DNA of 51,562 nucleotides from Octopus bimaculoides (Eukaryota), in assembly GCF_001194135.2 (NCBI RefSeq), contig NC_068986.1, positions 26,805,322 through 26,856,883 on the forward strand. Reading direction: 5' to 3'. A model generated the notes under the pieces. That model saw only the letters and a program-made list of their open reading frames with translations. It searched no databases and was not told the DNA's origin. How positions within the stretch are numbered: the stretch's first letter is position 1; every line of letters begins with the position of its first letter. A program made the position numbers and the translations under genes. Positions 13,601 to 27,800 of the stretch are shown here, piece after piece.

Positions 13601-16600
13601 TTATTGAGGCAGTGTTTTACGCTTGGATGCCCTTCTTGTCATTAACTTTTACCTGCTTGATTTTCAAGCAAGATGTACCTTATACCATGTGTTTTTGAGG
13701 GACAAGTCCTATAAATGACCCATTTGCAGGAGAAAATGATGGCTATGTCACAACCCATAATTTAGCAGCTTTTAGAGAAGCTCAAATGTAAACAAACGCA
13801 CATATGTACGTGCATATGTATATATTTACATACATGTGTGTGTGAAAAATGTGGAGGCGCAATGGCCCAGTGGTTAAGGTAGCGGACTCACAGTTGTGGG
13901 ATCGTGATTTCAATGTATGTTCAAACTGCAATATCACCTGCATAATATCCCACATCTCTTCCATTACATAGTTAATCCTACCTACTAACGTAAATATACT
14001 CGACCTATGAAAGGAACAACTCAAGGGAAGTAGCAGAAGGGCTTTTAACTCTAATTGCAATGCTGCACTTCTATTAGACCAGCCACAACTACAAAAACAA
14101 TACAGGCTCATCTGCTCATCTGCCTTAGACTACAACAGTTTACACCCCCCTTCCACACTGTGAACCCTTTTAGGAACATGGAGAAATGATGTTCCAGCCA
14201 TATAATATATATATATATATATATANNNNNNNNNNGTTCCAGGTTCAGTCCCACTGCGTGGCACCTTGGGCAAAGTGTCTTCTACTATAGCCTCGGACTG
14301 ACCAAAGCCTTGTGAGTGGATTTGGTAGACGAAAACTGAAAGAAGCCTGTGGTTTATATGTGTGTGTGTGTCTGTGTTTGTCCCCCCCAACATTGCTTAA
14401 CAACCGATGCTGGTGTGTTTATATCCCCGTGACTTAGCAGTTCGGTAAAAGAGACCGATAGAATAAGTATGAGGCTTACAAAGAATAAGTCCTGGGGTCA
14501 ATTTGCTCGACTAAAAGGCGGTGCTCCAGCATGGCCACAGTCAAATGACTGAAACGAGTAAAAGAGTAGAGTATATATACACACACATACATTTATTTAT
14601 TTAAAATCCTAATATGCCAATTAGCAATGTACATTTGCTTGTTGTCACACATGAGATATTCTGGAAGTAGGAGGTTGTCAAAACAACACAAATGAAGAGG
14701 TAAGAACAGTGCAAGTAAAATGAAAATGAATACAAGGATGAGGTGTATGTGATACAACTGTAATTGTAAACAGGAAAAGTGAGTGAAAGAATTAAAATGA
14801 ATGGATGAGAAATGTTTAGCTTCATGTTGCTTTAGATACGATGAAAAACAGGAAGAATCTTAGTATAATAGGCAATGATGGATAACAAAATTTTAATGAA
14901 CCTTGCAGTTTTACTATGGAGTATTGTGACAAATAGAACTGTTGTAATAATATTTCCATGTAAACCTTTTGATGTTTGTTTAATAATATTGTAATATTTT
15001 TGTAAATATATGATAGATTTTTTAATTAAATTTTTATAATTAGTTTAGTATTTAAACCGGCCATGTCCGGCCCAAATATTCTACCTATTTTATGTTCAAA
15101 CTGGCTATAACTGGCCTCTCACACTTGCCCGACAATGTTATTCCGAAAATATATAATCTCATTGAAATCTTGAAGCTATGAGATAATGCAGGATTAATTC
15201 AAAATGATGTGAATAAATAAATATTATATTTGACAAAGTAATCTGAATACTAAAGGGTTAAACAATTTAGTGGTCATTAAAAAAAAAAAATGTAAATAAA
15301 AAAAAACCTGTCATAAAAAAGTTGCTATGTGCTTATGTACTTTGGTGACCTATATTTTTGGTAGGTGGCATGCACTATTGCATTTGTAAATTATTAGCAA
15401 TATTTTACTGTTAAATACAAAAGTACTAAGTTTTTAGAGAAGAATTTTAACGACAGTGTCACCTGTCATTTTGAACAGGTGCACTGTTCTCTATAATTAA
15501 CAAAACTGTCATCAGCTTTGGTGATACGGGTGCACTAGTTATGTAAAGTTTTATTTATTTGTTATGAAATCCTTAAACATGGTTGTTCGTCATGGTTGGT
15601 GAAGATATTTGTAAAGCAATTAAAATTTAGTATAAGGAAATAGCTTCTCTCTGTACAAAACAGCCAGCTAAGACTGTCAAAGTTACTACAAATGATCTTT
15701 CATGGAAACCTCTCTCTCTCTCTCACTATTACCAAACTGTATAACAGGACTTCCTCTTGAAGCCCACAAGACTTCAGTCCTGATTTTTTTACAGAATGAC
15801 TTTTAATTGAGGCTACCATGTACAAACATTCTTCACCACATCCAAAAATGCCAGTCAACTGATTGACAAATACTCACTGATTGATATGCCTCAATCCCTA
15901 ACTAGCCATACTAACAAGAGAACTGCTACTAGGAATAGCAGCCAAACCTTCCTCAAATCTCACCATAGGAAAGGCCATGTGGAATAATATTAACTTAGCT
16001 AGAATATACTTTAAAATGAAACTGTGATGATTACAGTTTGAACCTTTTAATCATAGGTTTCTTTGACTGAACCAGAATTAAGCAATACCAACCACTAGCT
16101 CAGTCTTACTTTTTTCGCATTATTTCTACAATGGTTTCTGCTTATCTAAAGTAGGAATCTGCGCATTTATTCCACTGGGGCCCAGTTGACATGCTCATTT
16201 CCTCGTCCTCTGTTATATTTCGCCAAATCCCATACTAAATATATCATCAAATTCTTCCTCTTCAGAACTATAATGTCCTGGCACATGTAGCCTCATTTAT
16301 CACTGATCCGCGATCATACAGTATGATCCATTGTGAACAATGTTACACTTATGGATTAATTTGTGATAACATGAGTTGGAGATCAATTAAGATTCTGTTT
16401 GTACTGCATAAACACATCTCAGCAACCACCCGCAAGGCTCAGCTACCCAGAATGCTCTAACAGTTGCTTGTGTTTATATAACCATGCTGCAAAGTTTACA
16501 TATTTTTTTATATGGCTTTATGTATTCATACTCATCAACATGGGACCGATGAACAGAAAAAATATGGAGATGCTTGATCCTAACAAACAATGCAGATCAG

Positions 16601-17647
16601 GAAAAGATAGAGATGATCTGGATAATATGTGATGGTGGAAGCTTTACTGCAGTAAGCTGTGAATTTGATACAAAAATCTACCATTCCTTCCATTTATAAA
16701 GTGTGTAGAGATGATCCATTTATCACTGAGTTTTTTTTTTCTCTGAACGAAAACTCTGTGCTAAAAGAGGATATATGGACTTGTAATACAGATATTAAGC
16801 TGAGCATGAACTTCATTGATCTCATCATTGTGGAGGGCCTTGGCTTACTTTTGACTGACTGTACTGCAGGTTGTTGTGGCAACTGCACTGCTATATACTT
16901 CAGTAAGCTTGTGGATTGTTGGAGGTGGAAAATATTTTCTACCTACTTTCAGATTTAATCAAATATATGCTGCCATTCAAATTAAAAGTGTGTTATATCA
17001 ATGTGTGCTCCTCTTAAAAGTCTCATAACTTGATAGGTAATCATTTTTTTATCTGTATATGTTTATTCATACGAAAGAAATAATAAAGGAAAAAAAATTT
17101 TTTTTTTTTTTAAAAATCTAAATCTTGATGAATTTTAAACATTACGAAGATACATTCGTGACTCTGAAAATGGTTGTCTGTATATATTTGGAAAAGAAAA
17201 TCTATATCTGGACAGAAATAACTCTACTATTGATAATATATATGTATGTGCAGTAAAAGAATGAGAGTATTCATTTGAAAAAAGAAACCCCCAAGTGTCT
17301 GAGAGAGAGTGTGTGGGTGAACAGATAATCTTTGTTCTACACCCCCTGTGCATTCACCCACGCACATATACCCATACAACCTAATGAGGGAGTACCTGTG
17401 TGGTCACCCAGCTTGCTAGAAATGGAAGATGAACTTTCAAATCACATCCGACTGTTAAAAAAAAAGCAGCAAAGAAACATTAGGTAATGTAGTCCTAAAA
17501 ATAATAATAATGATAAAAAACAAACATAACTGGGTGGAATGCTTTTGATCGTAGGTCTGCTTAATTAGGGTTGACTTGGGGGCTAAACAACATACAATAG
17601 ATGATGATGATCAAATATATATAAAAAATGAGAGACACACACACACA

Positions 17648-17687
<40 letters not shown>

Positions 17688-17711
17688 ATCATCATCATCA
17701 TCATCACCACC

Positions 17712-17745
<34 letters not shown>

Positions 17746-20700
17746 TCATTTTAATGTCCAGTTTCCCATGCTTTCATTAGTTAGAATTTATGGATATCAA
17801 TGTTATCATTACTTCTACTTTCACTTTTGTTCTTGTCCATTGTACTTTTTTCTCCTTTCACAATGCTTCCACTATTGGGGGTGATACAACATGCCCCTTT
17901 TTGCCCAGTTTAACTTGTCTAGAAAAGAGGCAACACACCATGGAAACTCCAGTGGCCCAAATTATTACGCTCTACATTTGTATTGAGTACACCTTTGGAT
18001 TATAACAGATGTGTGTGTGTGTTTGAATCAGTGAGAGTTTGATGCAAATGTCATTATCTGTGTCCCATGCTATGTAAGTTAATCCAAGATATTACACAGT
18101 AGCTTTTCATACTGAATTTCACCATGTAAAGAGGTAAAATGGAAGACTGTGCAAACAAAATATAATTAGCAAAATGGAAAGTCCCAAGTGATCCACCAGA
18201 GGGTCATAAGTAAAAAACACTGTGAATCTTGCCTCATGTATAATGAAAAAAAAATATTATGACTCTCATATCAAAATTAAGATATGGCTTAGTGGTTAGG
18301 GTGTTAGACTCATGATCATAAGATTGTAGTTTCAGTTGTTGGACCTGACAATATGTTGTGTTCTTGAGCAAAAAGTTAATTTCACATTGCTCCAGTTCAC
18401 TCAGCTGGTAAAAAATGAGATTCCTGTGAAAAACTGGGAAACTTGTCCTATGCTCCTTATGAGGTAATGCAGACTAACTATTGAAACCCTGGGACAAAAT
18501 GAGAACTGAAGCTCAGGAGTCATGTTAAATAGTTTAGGCCTCAGAATGCCTTGTTGATAGTCAGTACTTTTTCTGCTTTCAAATTTATCGGTTAGCTGTA
18601 CAGTCTGTTTGCATATTTTTATTTTAGTTTAGTAGCATATTGAGTTAAGACTATAGATAACTTAGTTCTTAAATTCAAAAGCTCTCTGCCAGCTGTACAA
18701 TAATTTTTAAGACTTAGTAAGAATGATATGGAGACTGGGTTTTCAGATGGATCTGGTAATGATGGTGTCAGCCGGCAATCTCAATAGCAACAGACCATAT
18801 CTGGTGTTAAGGAAGGGAGAAAAGGTAGAAATGATATTAGTTGAAGGCTTTATGGTTTGCTGACAATGCTTCAAAGTGTCACAAAAGTTTATTTATTTGA
18901 CAACTAGACTTGTTTGGTTACCATGACAATGTAATCAGTTTTAGATCTGTAATGTCAAAGTGGCCTAAATTCATAGCAATTCAAAATAGTTGTGCAGAGA
19001 ACTCAGACATTTAGTAACAGCAAAAGAATTCTTTCTCTTCCATGTACTGAGAAAGAGAATTCTTTTGTTGTTAATGAATTCGTTAATTTGTTTGATGCAT
19101 TTGCCTGACGTTTGATGCCTTACAGCTGTAAAGACATTCGGTAGTGAAATGAAGTATTGTGTTTACTTGAAGGAGGATTGGCATACAGATGGATATTGAA
19201 GCCTAGTTTTCCAGTGTTAAGTGGTGAATGTGCACAAAAGCAAAACAAAAATACAAATGCACTCACAACAAAGCAGTTTGGACATATGCTGGAAATGGAT
19301 GATGCATAATGAATAAACTAAACTTTTTAACTGAGTGTTTCCCAAATTTTTCATCCCTCTCTCCTTTGTGTTGGTGATGTTGGGGGTACTTAACACTTCC
19401 TACTCTGTGTCCTTTATACTATAGCATTACTGAGAAGATGTAAGTTATATTTTGAAGGTGTAAAATGAGACCTATACTCTCTTTGGAATATTTTCAGTCA
19501 TAATACTCCATTAAGTAGGTATTGGTATGTGGTGAAGATGTTTACTTTGTAACTGTGTGGTTATGGGTTCAATCCCATTGCACAGCACTTTGGCCAAGTT
19601 GTCTTCTACCTTTGGTTCCCTAATTAACTTTGGGCAAGTGTCTTCTACCATAGCCCCAAGCTGCTCAAACTCTTTCCAGTGAATTTTGGTAGATGGAAAC
19701 TGAAAGAAGCCCACCATGTGTATGTGCTTGTGTGTGAGTATGTTAGAGTCTCCTTATCTGGACATCATATGATAGCTGTAAACGAGAGTCACCATCATGT
19801 AAGTGGTGTTCTTCATTTCCAGTCTTCCATGGAAATGTGTGAGACCATGGGAACTATTACCTTACTTGGAGACAGGTGAGGGTTGATGACAGGAAGGGTG
19901 GCTAACCGTTGAAAATCTGCCTCTATGAATTTCTTCCAACGTATGTGAACAGGGAAAGGCAGATGCTACATCTATGATGATGATGATGATGTAATTGACT
20001 AACCCCTTTCCCTCAAAATTGCTGGCCTTTTATCTAAATTAGAAGCAATTATTATTTTATTACAGCTGTGAATTTGCAGCAGTAATGTCATGCAGCATTT
20101 AGTTTCGCCCTCCTTATTCCGAGTTCAAATTTCATCAGTCAACTTTGCCTGTCATTCTTCCAGCATTGATAAAATAAATGCCAAGTCATGTAGTAATCAA
20201 TTGATTATACCCTTTTCTTAAAAATTTCTGATCTTGTGTCCAAGAAATTATCACTATCACCATTATTATGTTTCACCTTTGTTTTCTTGATATGTGTGTA
20301 GCATTGTTTTGGGTGTGTAGAATTTTATTTGTATGGTATATCAATTTCGTTTTATTGTTTCTGTTGTTATTTTAGTGTCATCTCTCTATTTGTGGTTATT
20401 GTTTTTTTATATTTGTTGTTTGAGTTGTATTTCATGTTGGGTGATTATATTCAGTATGTGCTGTGTGAGTCTTGTTATAGTATTGGGTGGCAATTGTGTA
20501 CTGGCTGACAGGCCATTAATAAAAGGGCAATAGAGTTCAGACTAATTGTTTTTGCAGTAGTAATTAGTTTTTGTCTTTTTTACATTTTGAGTTCCAACTG
20601 CACTTAGGTTGACTTTTCCTTTCACCCTTTCCAGGGTTAATAAAGTAAATCACTATTCATGTATTGAGATCATTTCACTCAATTGTGCCTCAGTCTCACA

Positions 20701-21779
20701 GTGTTGTGGCCTTGTGCATGCCAGTAGCACATCAGATGAAATGCTTAGCAGCATTCTTGTAGTTCTTTACAGTCTGTGTTCAAATACCACTGAGGTCAAT
20801 TTTACTTTCATCTTTTCATGGCCAGTGAGATAAAATACCAGTTAAGTGCTGGGGTTGATGTAATCAACTGCCCCCCCCACACCTCAAAATTGCTGGCTTA
20901 GTGCCAAAATTAGAAAGAATTATTATTGATCAGTTACTTCAGTTATGGAGTTACATTCAAAGCTAATCTAACTGTTGTATGGATACAAAGATTAGAATGG
21001 TGAGGTACTATTAATATTCTTGGAAGTTTAGTGAAAACAGGTACAAGAAAATAATTTCAAAATATGTTGTTTTAGAGGAAGGGTTCAGTACAGTGTGTAT
21101 GTTTGTATGCATGCACATAGGTGGGATAATATCTTGAAAATATGTGTGTTGCATATTTGAGTCTGGTTGGGTGGAGTACCATATTTAGAATGATAAAATA
21201 TATAAAGTGTAGTTGGGGCATAGCTAGATTCTAGGGAGGTTTGGAAATGAAATAGTCTTTGTGGAGGTTAAGTGACCATTGAAACCTTGGCTAAAGGTAG
21301 CAATCAAGCAAATTAATAATTAATTAGGAAATCCTGGAAAATAATTAGCAATCCAGCTATCTCTGTATCAGCAAGTATCTGGAAAAACTGTGGTATGCTG
21401 ATGTCCTGAATTGTTTCTCATATTTGTTGGAAAGATGTCTTTAATATTAGTCATTGCATAATTTATGCATATACACTGTATATTTATTTCTATATGGCTT
21501 TTTGATGCTTCATGCATTACGTACGTTACCCCTGTCTTATCTATTATTTGACAAGGTGTAGGATGCTTACAAAAGAGATATTTTAAAATTTGATAGATTA
21601 CCTGAGCAAAAGCAGTGAAATTTGTTTCAAGTTGACACATGAGAACATCATTACATTGCTAGTATAGCAGGCAATTGATGGTTCATTGAAGTGGAAGTCT
21701 TTTAAGAATCATGATTTACAAGAATCATGATTTACAAGAATCATGATTTACAAGAATCATGATTTACAAGAATCATGAC

Positions 21780-21811
<32 letters not shown>

Positions 21812-24800
21812 CCATGTATTGCAATGTAACTTTATCAATGTGCAAATAAGTTGCAAGAAAAATCTGAGATATTACTTCCCACTGAAAAGGTTTATTAGAT
21901 CGAATCTTTCTTCTGACATTTAAATGTTTATATCACTTAAGACTAATTATTTAAAATTGGCACCACTCCTACTTTATAGCTAAGGTGGGTGTTTAAAATT
22001 AGGAAGAGCTGCTATGTAATCTGCTTCATATTTTCATAGTTGTCAGTTGTATTAGTGTATATATTAAACTAGGAGCAAAGGCAAAAGCAAAAAAAAAAAA
22101 AAAAAAAGGAAAATCCCTCATCCTTTGTTTTTTTTTCTTTTGCATCATTTTTCTAGGTACAGTGGGCTTTGCAAGCCTCCACATATTCCTATTTATTGGA
22201 GCAAATGTTTTTATAATTGGATAACTTTCTTCTCGTTCAGCACCCAACTGTTAAAGTAGCAGTGTTCAGCTGTCATTCAGGCATTAATAATAATGCAATC
22301 ATTATTTTCTCTTCCAAACAAGCATGAATAATTTGGGAAAACAATAAAAATTGTACAGTGTAAACTACAACTATATTGATGAGTGCATATGCACATACAT
22401 ATTTGAATGAGTGTGTACACATGATATATATATATATATAGGAAAACAGTGATTCATTCCATTATTCTTATTCAGTTTCTCACACACATGGGATTTATAC
22501 TTGTAGTCTTTTAAATGATATTGTGAATAAATGTGAAACTAGCAGAAGGTAATATGTCCATAGGGCATGTGTAACATCAGTTATCATTCTTTACGGTTGG
22601 TCATATGATTGCATATGTTGCCAGTTTAGAGATGGTAGCGCTTTCTATATTCTTGTGTTATTGTGATATAGAGGAAGGCAGTATAGTTCAAAGTTATCCG
22701 CAAGACTTGCTGGAATTTATTAAAGCTGAATTTTATGAAAATTTTTCTTTCTAATAGGATCCTTCCCTGACAGTAGTAATTAGATCGTACTTGAGATCTC
22801 CGGTAAGAAATATTGCACATAACTTAAGGATCTGGAACTTTTCAGTAAGATAAAACCCAGTCCAGTGATCCATTAAAGATTAGGTGGTTGGAAATTTTCT
22901 AAATGGAACTTCCTCCAGTCGCAGGAATCAGATTGCTCTTCTGATCTCCAGTTAAGAGATGTTGTAGGTTGCTGTTGCTTCAAGCCTTGGGACTTTTTGG
23001 TTAGGTAATGACTACAGTTCCATAAGCTGTTAAAGTATGGGATTGCACTTTCAATGATATTCCTTGTTACTGGGGGGGGGGGCATTCTTGTTCCTAAGTT
23101 CTTAGATGAATTATAGAGAGCGATGTGGTATTTTTCCTGTTCTTTGACCTGAATGAGTACAAATGTTGAAGGCAATGACCCTTGAAAGTGTTTGCAGTTA
23201 TGTCTATAATTCCCTTCAATGACATCTGGAGATTTTATGATTGCTCAGAAAGGCAGGATTCATTGAGTGGGCAGAGGAGTAGATACTGTATGTGTGTGTG
23301 TGTGTGTGTGTGCGTGTGCGTGCATGTGTTGGGGAGGGGCATGTTACCTTTCACCATTTTTCTCTTTATTTTTGCAACGTCTTCTGAAAAATGGTACACG
23401 TGTGTGTTTGAGAATCTGAGTAAAGAAGTGCAGCACTGCCAGTGTTCTACTTCATGTATTGAGTACTCTTTTCATTTGTTTATACATACACATGTATTAA
23501 TGGTTATGTTTCAGCATGGCCAAAATGTTTGGGCTGAAGCTGGTAAAAGAGAAAAAGAGAGCATATTTGTGTGTGTGTGTGTGTGTGTACAGGGTCTGGT
23601 GAATAAATTGTCATCTAAATTACACAAAAATGAAAAGAATACTAACATCTCATTTTAACAGATATATTTACCAAAATTTCATAAAAACATCCTGAAATAC
23701 TACAGTAAATTTATTCAATAAAATTGCCATTGGCTTCAACCACGGCCTCTAGACAACTTCAGAATCTCCTGCAATTCTTCTTATGTTTTGTGAGAAGAAA
23801 TGAAACATTTAGAAAATTTATAATAATGAATATGTGTGCTTTTGCAGTGTGGCTCAACAATAAAAACTACTTCAGTTAGTATTTCTTATTATAATTATCA
23901 TGTTTTTTATTGCTGTACTAGTGCATCTTGGCATACTAATAAAGACATTGATTAATTTACCATTTTCTTTACTATTTACTATTCTTCCTTTACCAACATA
24001 TATTTCAGTTTTATAGTTTTGTCATGGTTCTGTGAAGAATATGTGGCATTTTGAGCTTACTAAAGTTGACCTGTCAAATCATATCTCATATTACTATATT
24101 TTTTTCTGTGTTTTAGGTGGGGTTTTTTTTTCTCCTTCTCAGACATATATTGCTAATTTGCAATTTATGACATTTTGAGCTTATCAAAGATGACATGTTG
24201 GATTGTCTTCCTGTTAAATGGTAACTCATGATACCGTTTTGTAAAATAGTTCATGATTTCTGTGACATATGCACTTTTTGTCTTTAGCAAGTATATAATG
24301 GATCAATATGATGCTAATCTCTCTCTCTCTTAGAGCATTATCTAATTAAAAGTAAATACTGACATTTTTATAGAATTTATGCATGAGAAATATGATGGCA
24401 TCATCATTATCATCATCACCATCGTCATACTCTTTTTTGTTAAACCTCCATTTTTCCATGCTTGTGTGGGGTGGTCAGAATTTGTAGAGGCAGATTTTTG
24501 TCTACAGCTGGATGCCCTTCTTGATGACCACTAATAATATTTATCCAAAATTCTTCTGGTTCAAACTCTACATAAGGCAGAGTTACATAACTCTGTTTAT
24601 TTCTTATAACCGTTACAATAAGGGATAGGTGCTACTCATTATTGTTGCATGATTCAACGTCATCTCCTTCATTGGACACAAAACTCAGCTTACGAAAACT
24701 TATTGGGGAAAGCGAAATCGGGATAGCACCTGTGCCCAGCGTCGCCTTTCTGGCACTTGTGCACGTGACATGTGTGAGGATTTTTGAGCGAGATCGTTGC

Positions 24801-27800
24801 CAGTGTCCTTGAACTGGCTCTTGTGCGGGTGGCACATAAAATACACTATTTTGAGTGTGGCCGTTGCCAGTACCGCCTGACTGGCCTTCGTGCGGGTGAC
24901 ACGTAAAAGCACCCACTACACTCTCTGAGTGGTTGGCGTTAGGAAGGGCATCCAGCTGTAGAAACTCTGCCAAATCAGATTGGAGCCTGGTGCAGCCATC
25001 TGGTTTCACCAGTCCTCAGTCAAATCGTCCAACCCATGCTAGCATGGAAAGCGGACATTAAACGATGATGATTATGATGATGATGATTGTTCAGTTAGAA
25101 TGTATTTGTTTGTAGGTTAATGGTTGCCGGAAAACTGTGGATGGTGAGTGAGGTAATTTCAGAAAGTTGCAGTTCTAGGGAGATCTGATTGACAAAAGTG
25201 TTTCCTACAGAATCTGGTTAGTGAGATAGAGCAAAGGTGATGAGAGAAGAGACAAATGTTTCAAGTGAACTTGAAAGAAAAGCAGGTGCAAATAACTAGG
25301 TAGTTCAGAAGAGTAGAGATTGTTACTGTGGTGGCAGCTGAAGCAGAGAGAAGAAATAGTGCAGGCGTAAGACTGAGTATAGTTTGGAGATGAATGAATC
25401 CCTGTCTGTGAGCTGAATTAACTACTTTGGATATAGTGTAGGATGTTTATGTGTAGTAATAGCACCATTCCAGGTAGATGAGCTGTACTTCCATGTACTT
25501 TTTGCTTGAGTTAAGTTTTGTTAGGTCAACAGAGCTGAAGTATTTTTTCAGTCCTAAAGAGGTAGTTAATTTTTCAAGACGCAGTATAGGTAATGTCATG
25601 CGTGTGAGGTAACAATGTAAGATCAGAGATTGTGAGAGTTAACATTCATAGTGATTTTGAAGGCTTTCTCTGAGGGCACATTTCTAGATTGTCAGGTCTC
25701 CTCCTGCACTTGATATTTTGAGGTGTCTGTTCATGTAGGTAGCGATTATCTGACATCATGGATCTAGATTGATCATGATTGATACGTGTATGCAGAAGGT
25801 TAAGGAGGTGTAAGGGTAGCATGACATACATTAGAGTGTGTGTTATTAGAAGGTAGCAGTAATTTTGTCGTTAATACGGAAAAAAAGGAGTGTGGGATAC
25901 ATAACTGAACCTAGAGTTGATAGAGTGATTTGAAATGAATTCTGTCTGCACCATACAGTATTGGAATGGTTTGATAACGAAATTCCCATCCAAGGGATTT
26001 ATATGAATGGAGCTTTTAGATGATAAGCTCAGGAGGGTCAGACATGGTTGAAGGCTTCACTGAACTCAATGCCATTGCATTTTGTGAAATTCAGAGACTG
26101 CTAGTGTATAGCTTAGGAATGCTAGGCTATGATATATTGATTGATCTCTATGGAATCTGTATTGGCAGTCCTTAAGAGAGAGAGACAGTGAGACTAAAGG
26201 TAATGAAGGAAACGGTTGTTTATGATTTTTCTCCATCTTTGTGGTGTTGGAAGTGAAGATGGGTCAATAGTTGCCAAAGTAACGACAAGTTGTCATATAT
26301 GTGATAATTGTTTAACCTCATAAACTTGTCAACATTTATATCATCATCATCATCATCAGCATCTTCATCATCAAATTCATCATCAGATGTTTTATGAACA
26401 ATAGCAGTTGGTTATACACTTCCAATGAGTCAGTCAAGGGTTCACTGCATTTCTTATGGCAAAGTGACATATTTGCTTGAACAAGCTGTTTTTTTTTTTT
26501 TGTGGATTTGTACATTGGCAAAAGATACACCTAATGCAATATGCATACATACACAAGAGGCTTTCACACATTTTTTTGTCTATAAAATTTCACCCACTAG
26601 TTGGATAATCTGGAATTGTAGAAGACAACTACTCAAAGTCCCTTACAGTAGAACTAGGCCCAGAATTTTGTTTTAATTAATTGTAATTTTTATGCATGAA
26701 CCCAAATAGTTGAAGTTTTCTACTCTTTTGTCTATTTAACCCTTTTGATACCAACTTGTCTGAGACCATTTTTCAAAGTTGATGGTGAGCTACTTAAATG
26801 TAGGGAAACTTGTCACATTTATGCTGAAGGCATAATAATTTTAACCCTTTAGCCTTTAAATGGGCCACATGTGGCCTGAACCTGTTCAAACTGGCTGGCT
26901 CCTCTCACATCTGCCCTACAATGTCATTCTAAAAATAATCACAACATTGAAATCTCAGAACTATGAGATAATGTATGATTAATTCAAAACAGTGTGAATA
27001 AATAAATATTACATTTGACAGAGGAGTCTGAATAGTAAAAAGTTAAATCATTGCTCCAGGCAACTTTCTTTTCAATTTGAATCTATCCTGTTCTCCTACA
27101 AAGATTTCATTCCTTTTTCTTGTTTCCATTTTTTATTATGTTGAGAATTCTAACATTGTTCCACTAACGTTGATGTTACTTTCTCTTTCAAATTACAGGG
27201 CAGCTTTGGATGCTATTCGTAGACTTGATGATCTCCTCCAGCAAAAACGTGCCTACAGAAATGTATTTACACAAGATGCTGTTGGATTACGAAACAAGTA
27301 GGCAACTTTGTGACTATATTTTCTAATCATATCACTATTTCAAGTAATTGTTTGTTCCTGTAGCCTTTGATTGGAAACATTAAGCCCATGTAAATAATAA
27401 TAATAATAAAGACAAAAATTGACAAAGTACAAGGTGTTCAGACTAAACTTGATGATTTTTTATGTCTTCATTTTTCAAGAACAGCTTGATGTTTCGGCGA
27501 AAAGTCAATGATGTTAGAGAACATAAAAATTAAAGATTAGAGAGCATAAAGATTAAAGATTACAGTTATGGTTGAGAAAAAGTTAGCTGACACAGAAGAC
27601 TGGAAGCCATCTAAATGTCATAGTGATTCGTGTTGGGTATTAAAATGCCAACATCATAACTGCTGCTCAGTGCTCCCTGAACACTGTAAAGGCTCTATAA
27701 TGGGACACAGGCATCATGAAAACCAAGTTCCTTGAAACTGTACTGGTTCTTTGTATGTGTCTCTGGTGAAGGTGACTTCATGCCCCCCCCCCCCGCCTCA

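Noticed and set aside
16620-16730. C/D-box snoRNA suggested by GTGATG...CTGA
   Set aside because: No canonical RTGATGA C box, no terminal stem and no identifiable rRNA guide.
24632-25009. 125-aa ORF and similar ORFs at 29514-29801 and 11573-11944 sharing FLQLDALP(N/T)AN
   Set aside because: The shared peptide is the antisense reading of repeat family B, not a protein family.
1875-27198. Recursive splice (AG|GT) sites in the long intron, e.g. 2574 CAG|GTTATT, 17036 TAG|GTAATC and 23004 TAG|GTAATG
   Set aside because: None combines a strong polypyrimidine tract with a consensus donor, and several similar hits lie within repeats.
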